Assembly: GCA_031551205.1 (NCBI GenBank)
Contig: JAVBNY010000010.1
Coordinates: 6,113 to 70,112 of the forward strand
Direction: 5' to 3'
Length of the DNA: 64,000 nt
DNA from: Oscillospiraceae bacterium
Lineage (GTDB): Bacteria; Bacillota; Clostridia; Oscillospirales; JAVBNY01
Shown here: positions 60,801 through 64,000 of the stretch, in pieces
Layout: each line of letters starts with the position of its first letter
How positions within the stretch are numbered: position 1 is the first letter of the stretch
Translations under genes and position numbers: made by a program
Notes under the pieces: generated by a model
What the model was told of the DNA's origin: nothing
What the model saw: the letters and a program-made list of their open reading frames with translations, nothing else
The model's database searches: none

Positions 60801-63800
60801 CACCACATTTGACATGACCTTTGGGGATCAGCACTGCGCGGGCGTAGAGCTGATTCAGCAGGGAAGGCGCATAGCCACCAACGGCGATATTCGCTTGCTG
60901 CCCACCCCAGAGCAGTGGGACGCCACACCTCCCCCGACGCTGAATAACCGTGAAGCGGACCTGGCGGCCAACACGGTGAGCGCCAACCTGACCATGCCCG
61001 CCACGAAGGACGGGCAGAAGCCCGCCGTAGATTATACGATCAAAGCAGTACCCGAACCCGGCGGAGTGAAGCTTACCGTGACTCTCAAAGATCCGCTGCC
61101 TGCGGACCTTGTCGGCAAGGCTGGATTCAATCTGGAGTTCATCCCCTCGCTTTTCAGGGAGAAGAGCTATCAGGCCGACAGCGACGGAGACGGCACATAC
61201 GATTCATTCGGCGTATTTCCTCTGCTCCCCTTTGACGACATGGAGCTCAAGGACAGGGCCAGGACGGATGATCAGGCCTGGTATGTTAAGGAGTGGAACA
61301 AGGACAGGGGAGATTACCAGCCTGTTCTTTTCGCCAAAGGCTCAAGCATGGTCTTTGCGGCGGAGGACGACGACAACCGCATACGCATCGTCTCGGACAG
61401 CGGCGACCTTGAGCTGTATGACGGCAGAAGCAGGGCACAGAACGGATGGTTCGTATTGCGCACCCTGATACCCGAAGGTAGCAAGGAGATCGTATGGCAC
61501 ATAAGCCCCGATATTGACGGAACCTGGACGCGCGAGCCCAACGTGGCCCACAGCCAGGCCGGTTACGCGCCCTCGCAGAGCAAGGTGGCCGTGATTGAGC
61601 TTGACCCGAGATTCAACGCCCCCTCAACCGCCAGCGTGGAGCGTCTTAACGCCGACGGAAGCTACTCTGTGGTGTATACGGGAGATCTGGGCGCGGCCAT
61701 GAGATGGCTGCGTTACGATTACCGTGAATTTGACTTTTCATCCGTTGACGAACCCGGTATGTATGTTATCAATTACGACGGAAAACGCACCGACGTATTC
61801 CCGATAGCAGCCGGTGTTTATGACAAGAGCTGGCAGCAGTCGCTGAGCGGCTTCCTCGCCAAGCAGATGGATCACATCAAGGTCCGTGAAACCTACAAGA
61901 TAGTTCACGCCGCCTCACATATGGACGATGCCGTCATGTGGCCGCTAGTGGGCGAGGAGTTCCGCGACGAATCCAGTTTTGACGGGACATGGTTCGACGG
62001 ACAAAACTTCTACGAAACATCCAGAACCAATACCCAATACAAGTCGGGAGAACATATCCCCGGCCTCAACAAGGGCGGATGGTTCGACGCGGGCGACTTT
62101 GACCAGGAGGCCACAAGGATCCAGGGCGTGATTGAGGATCTGGCCTTTGCCTTCAAGGAATTCGGCCCGCAGTATGACACTCTCGCTGTGGAGTGGAGCG
62201 ACAAGACGGGCGGCTCCGTTGAGCTTCACAGGCCCGACGGCGTTCCCGACATAGTGCAGCAGGTAAAGCACGGCGCTATGCAGGTTTTGGCGCGTATTGA
62301 GGCCGTTGGATATAATTTCAAGGTTCTCGAAGTGCCGACCTTGAGGCAGTACACACATCTGGGCGACGCCTCCAAAGACACGGACGGCTTCGTCTACGAT
62401 CCAAGCCTCGGCGTAAACGAGAGAAGCGGCCTGCGTTCGGGGAGAAACGACGACAGACTGGCAATGATTGGCAAAAAGTCGCCGAGCTTGCAGTATGGCG
62501 CGGCGGCGGCGCTGGCGGCTGCCTATTACGTGGTGAAAGACTACGACAGCGACTTCGCTGAAAGATGCCTGAACGCGGCGAAGAAGATATGGGACGAAGA
62601 GGAACTTATTACATCTACGGAAGGCATACCCCCCACCGACTTCATGGCACTGTTCGCAGCTCAGCAGCAGATAGCCGCCGAGTGGAACGCAGCCCTGGAG
62701 CTGCTGATCGCTACAGACGGCGACGCGCAGTACAAAGAAGCCATAGAGAAGCTGTTCCCGCTCATGGAAATGCCGTCCGGCTGGTTTATGTCCTTCCAGT
62801 CAGGCGGATGGAAGGCCTCGGTCGTACTGCCGTATATGGATCAGGAATTTAAGACCAACTTCAAAGAAGCGGCCCAAAATTACGTGACATTCCTTGACGC
62901 CTCCCTCGCCTCCAATCCCTTCGGAGTGCCCTCCACCAACGGCATGTGGGGAGGAAGCACCGACGTTGTAGATATGGGCATGCGCATGTATTTCCTGAAC
63001 AGAGCATTCCCCGATATAGTGAGCACGGATTATACCCTCCGAGCCGCGAATTATATACTGGGAACTCACCCGTACAACAATACATCCTGGCTGTCGGGCG
63101 TGGGCACTCGTTCCGTGGAGCATGCATACGGAAACACCAGGGCGGATGATACTTATATTGCCGGCGGCATCGTGCCGGGCTATGTAAACATCGCGCCGGA
63201 CTTCCCGGAGGCCCTTGACGACTTCGGCATGCTGTGGTTCGAGAGCGAATACGTCATCGACACCGCGGCCAAGTGGGTCACCGTCGGCAACGCGGCCTCG
63301 AAAATTGTGGCGGAGCAGGACAATATAGTCGTGCAAGTAAAGAGCGATGTTTCGACCATCGTAGCCGGACGCGCCGCGAATCTCCCGATATCCGTCGTTT
63401 TGAAGGCGGGTGTCGAGGATGCCGACGTCACGGTTAAGCTGCTTGATCCTGCGGGCAAGATTGTGGGAAGCGTTAACGGCCTGTCGGGCCTTGTCAGAAT
63501 TGAAAAGGCCATAGAGGGCGTTTACAAATTTGTCGTCTATGTGGACGGCAAGGAGACCTCGAGTTCATGCACTGTCGATTGCGTCGCCGAGCCCGTCGGC
63601 CTGTGGAGCCCTAAGGCTGCCGCCGGCGAGCAGACCAAAATAACCTTTGGCGCCCCAATCAGCTTTAACGAGGCGAAAAAGGCAGTAAAAATTGGGACGG
63701 AAACCGTCGCAAACGACCTGTTGACCGTTTCAGGCAACGAGTTGACAATAGCGAAATCCTCCGCTGTCGGACAGACGATCGTCGTCACCGGCCTCAAGTA

Positions 63801-63852
63801 CTTGGAGCTTTTCCCGAGCTATTCGTTTGCCTTTACAATGACCGCCGAATAG
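57841..63852 (+). CDS. Giant secreted protein with two tandem GH9 modules and unrecognised CTD
   Basis: Signal peptide; duplicated HSQAGY (Ig), GGWFDAGDFD, NYxLGTHPYN and ENE/ESE motifs. Confidence 0.88.
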   Translation: MLKKRVLALTTAFTMVIACFSFSSIVNAQESKEAKAELNDSYMVTLTNDTINNIDYSYLTYPGFDVFMYNNGYNGMFGDEHLSGITLTLHGSRVAGNGDIHLLPVPEQWDAAVPATSMPIDSRVPRNYDRVNNIITLPMKYVYDANSSPQLQMNYDLVATPEPGGVALSVVLRSDLPRQLEGSASFNLELIPSLYKNKSYQTDSDGDGKYDVFGVFPLAPEDPMNDEWPRPELVGNAWYVDQWNEEKGPWQPQPFVQGYEYSFAPEDSLHHLSITSDKLISIYDGRNRSQNGWFTMCTKIPAGSKAGETVVTWHIKAPVKANWVREPSIAHSQAGYGTGLTKIAVMEIDKNDTSDPGTAKLLRVNADGSHTSVFEAPVGEPRRWTRFDYRDFDFSSIKTPGLYVIEYKGIKTDVFPIADDVYDNTWQAGLSGFLATAMDHMEVREGYRIWHGAAHMDDARMGEPFANSVTSTAPSGAEYITWFDGQGVAITLPDVVKEKGYKPGDRIPGLNVGGWFDAGDFDIEIGSNMSVLRNLIYTAEAFDNLDGYDTLSVEWNPDTGGTAEMHRPDGIPDIVQQIKHGAMQIRAEIENVGVVNGAIEVPTLRQYTHLGDGATDTDGYIYDPSLGENDVVERDGKVYSGKNDDRMYMMWRSTGANGVVPTAKLGSASIGMAGAAATLKEYYPEFAQQCLETAEKIWAEEGPAAMQSTSQRGNAFNTLIQLMLATEGTEKYDYYKNLYSSLLSLVGGDNPLISAFPINNYYAAAFIKDKMGADYKKQVEDAAVAVAGAFNFVPGTPFGFGESLTATWGPGSGKISSGFNATMLLKTVGDIPGLEPLKENVIRAINYTLGTHPYNDTSWMTGVGANSHKHPYNSNRAEEGFIPGSIVPGYINFRPDFPESLDNFSFLWAENECTIGVVSSWIAPAKMAAEIAAEGTAGAQPVSVKDFSNDFIMQAEKVENPPNPFTGQPGLPSASLKAPGFDLFMYNTTFDMTFGDQHCAGVELIQQGRRIATNGDIRLLPTPEQWDATPPPTLNNREADLAANTVSANLTMPATKDGQKPAVDYTIKAVPEPGGVKLTVTLKDPLPADLVGKAGFNLEFIPSLFREKSYQADSDGDGTYDSFGVFPLLPFDDMELKDRARTDDQAWYVKEWNKDRGDYQPVLFAKGSSMVFAAEDDDNRIRIVSDSGDLELYDGRSRAQNGWFVLRTLIPEGSKEIVWHISPDIDGTWTREPNVAHSQAGYAPSQSKVAVIELDPRFNAPSTASVERLNADGSYSVVYTGDLGAAMRWLRYDYREFDFSSVDEPGMYVINYDGKRTDVFPIAAGVYDKSWQQSLSGFLAKQMDHIKVRETYKIVHAASHMDDAVMWPLVGEEFRDESSFDGTWFDGQNFYETSRTNTQYKSGEHIPGLNKGGWFDAGDFDQEATRIQGVIEDLAFAFKEFGPQYDTLAVEWSDKTGGSVELHRPDGVPDIVQQVKHGAMQVLARIEAVGYNFKVLEVPTLRQYTHLGDASKDTDGFVYDPSLGVNERSGLRSGRNDDRLAMIGKKSPSLQYGAAAALAAAYYVVKDYDSDFAERCLNAAKKIWDEEELITSTEGIPPTDFMALFAAQQQIAAEWNAALELLIATDGDAQYKEAIEKLFPLMEMPSGWFMSFQSGGWKASVVLPYMDQEFKTNFKEAAQNYVTFLDASLASNPFGVPSTNGMWGGSTDVVDMGMRMYFLNRAFPDIVSTDYTLRAANYILGTHPYNNTSWLSGVGTRSVEHAYGNTRADDTYIAGGIVPGYVNIAPDFPEALDDFGMLWFESEYVIDTAAKWVTVGNAASKIVAEQDNIVVQVKSDVSTIVAGRAANLPISVVLKAGVEDADVTVKLLDPAGKIVGSVNGLSGLVRIEKAIEGVYKFVVYVDGKETSSSCTVDCVAEPVGLWSPKAAAGEQTKITFGAPISFNEAKKAVKIGTETVANDLLTVSGNELTIAKSSAVGQTIVVTGLKYLELFPSYSFAFTMTAE

Positions 63853-64000
63853 ATCGTTTCCGTCCTCGCAGGCGGACGCACTCCGCCGTCCTCCGTTTGC
63901 ACTTGCTCGAAAATAAAGGTGCAGGAATGTCACCGCATATAGGCAATCCGTGATTATTACGTCCCAGCCCCCAATCTTTATACCGGGTTCAAGTTGGTGA

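Overview
Chromosomal window from a spore-forming Clostridia-class (Oscillospiraceae-like) bacterium; all family calls are from motif recognition, not database searches. (1) About 1-11020 is the right part of an integrated element. It carries an SLH/DUF4430 surface protein, an XRE switch, an XRE-DUF3883 nuclease fusion, orphan antitoxin-like genes, a ~1 kb highly structured non-coding leader in front of an intact tyrosine-recombinase-like gene, and DUF6870 plus a large serine recombinase. The element appears to interrupt a BclA-like collagen gene. (2) About 12-31 kb is core genes: spoIIQ-like M23, uvrB, mtaB, HPr-like, pnp, rpsO, GGDEF-EAL, gyrA/parC-like, yitT, HAD, a major S-layer protein and MerR. 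(3) About 31-64 kb holds three large secreted glycosidases (GH43, GH3, tandem GH9), ABC/TetR, GT2, an IS1 relic, a radical SAM repair pair, a c-di-GMP-I riboswitch, mscS, and tRNA-Ala(GGC) with recombinase and IS110 relics. The two strongest novel signals are a shared, unrecognised ~170-aa C-terminal module (ending G[IVL]KYxxLFPSY[TS]F[TSA]FT) on all three otherwise unrelated CAZymes, and the structured leader with three CAUAGC-loop hairpins coupled to the tyrosine recombinase.
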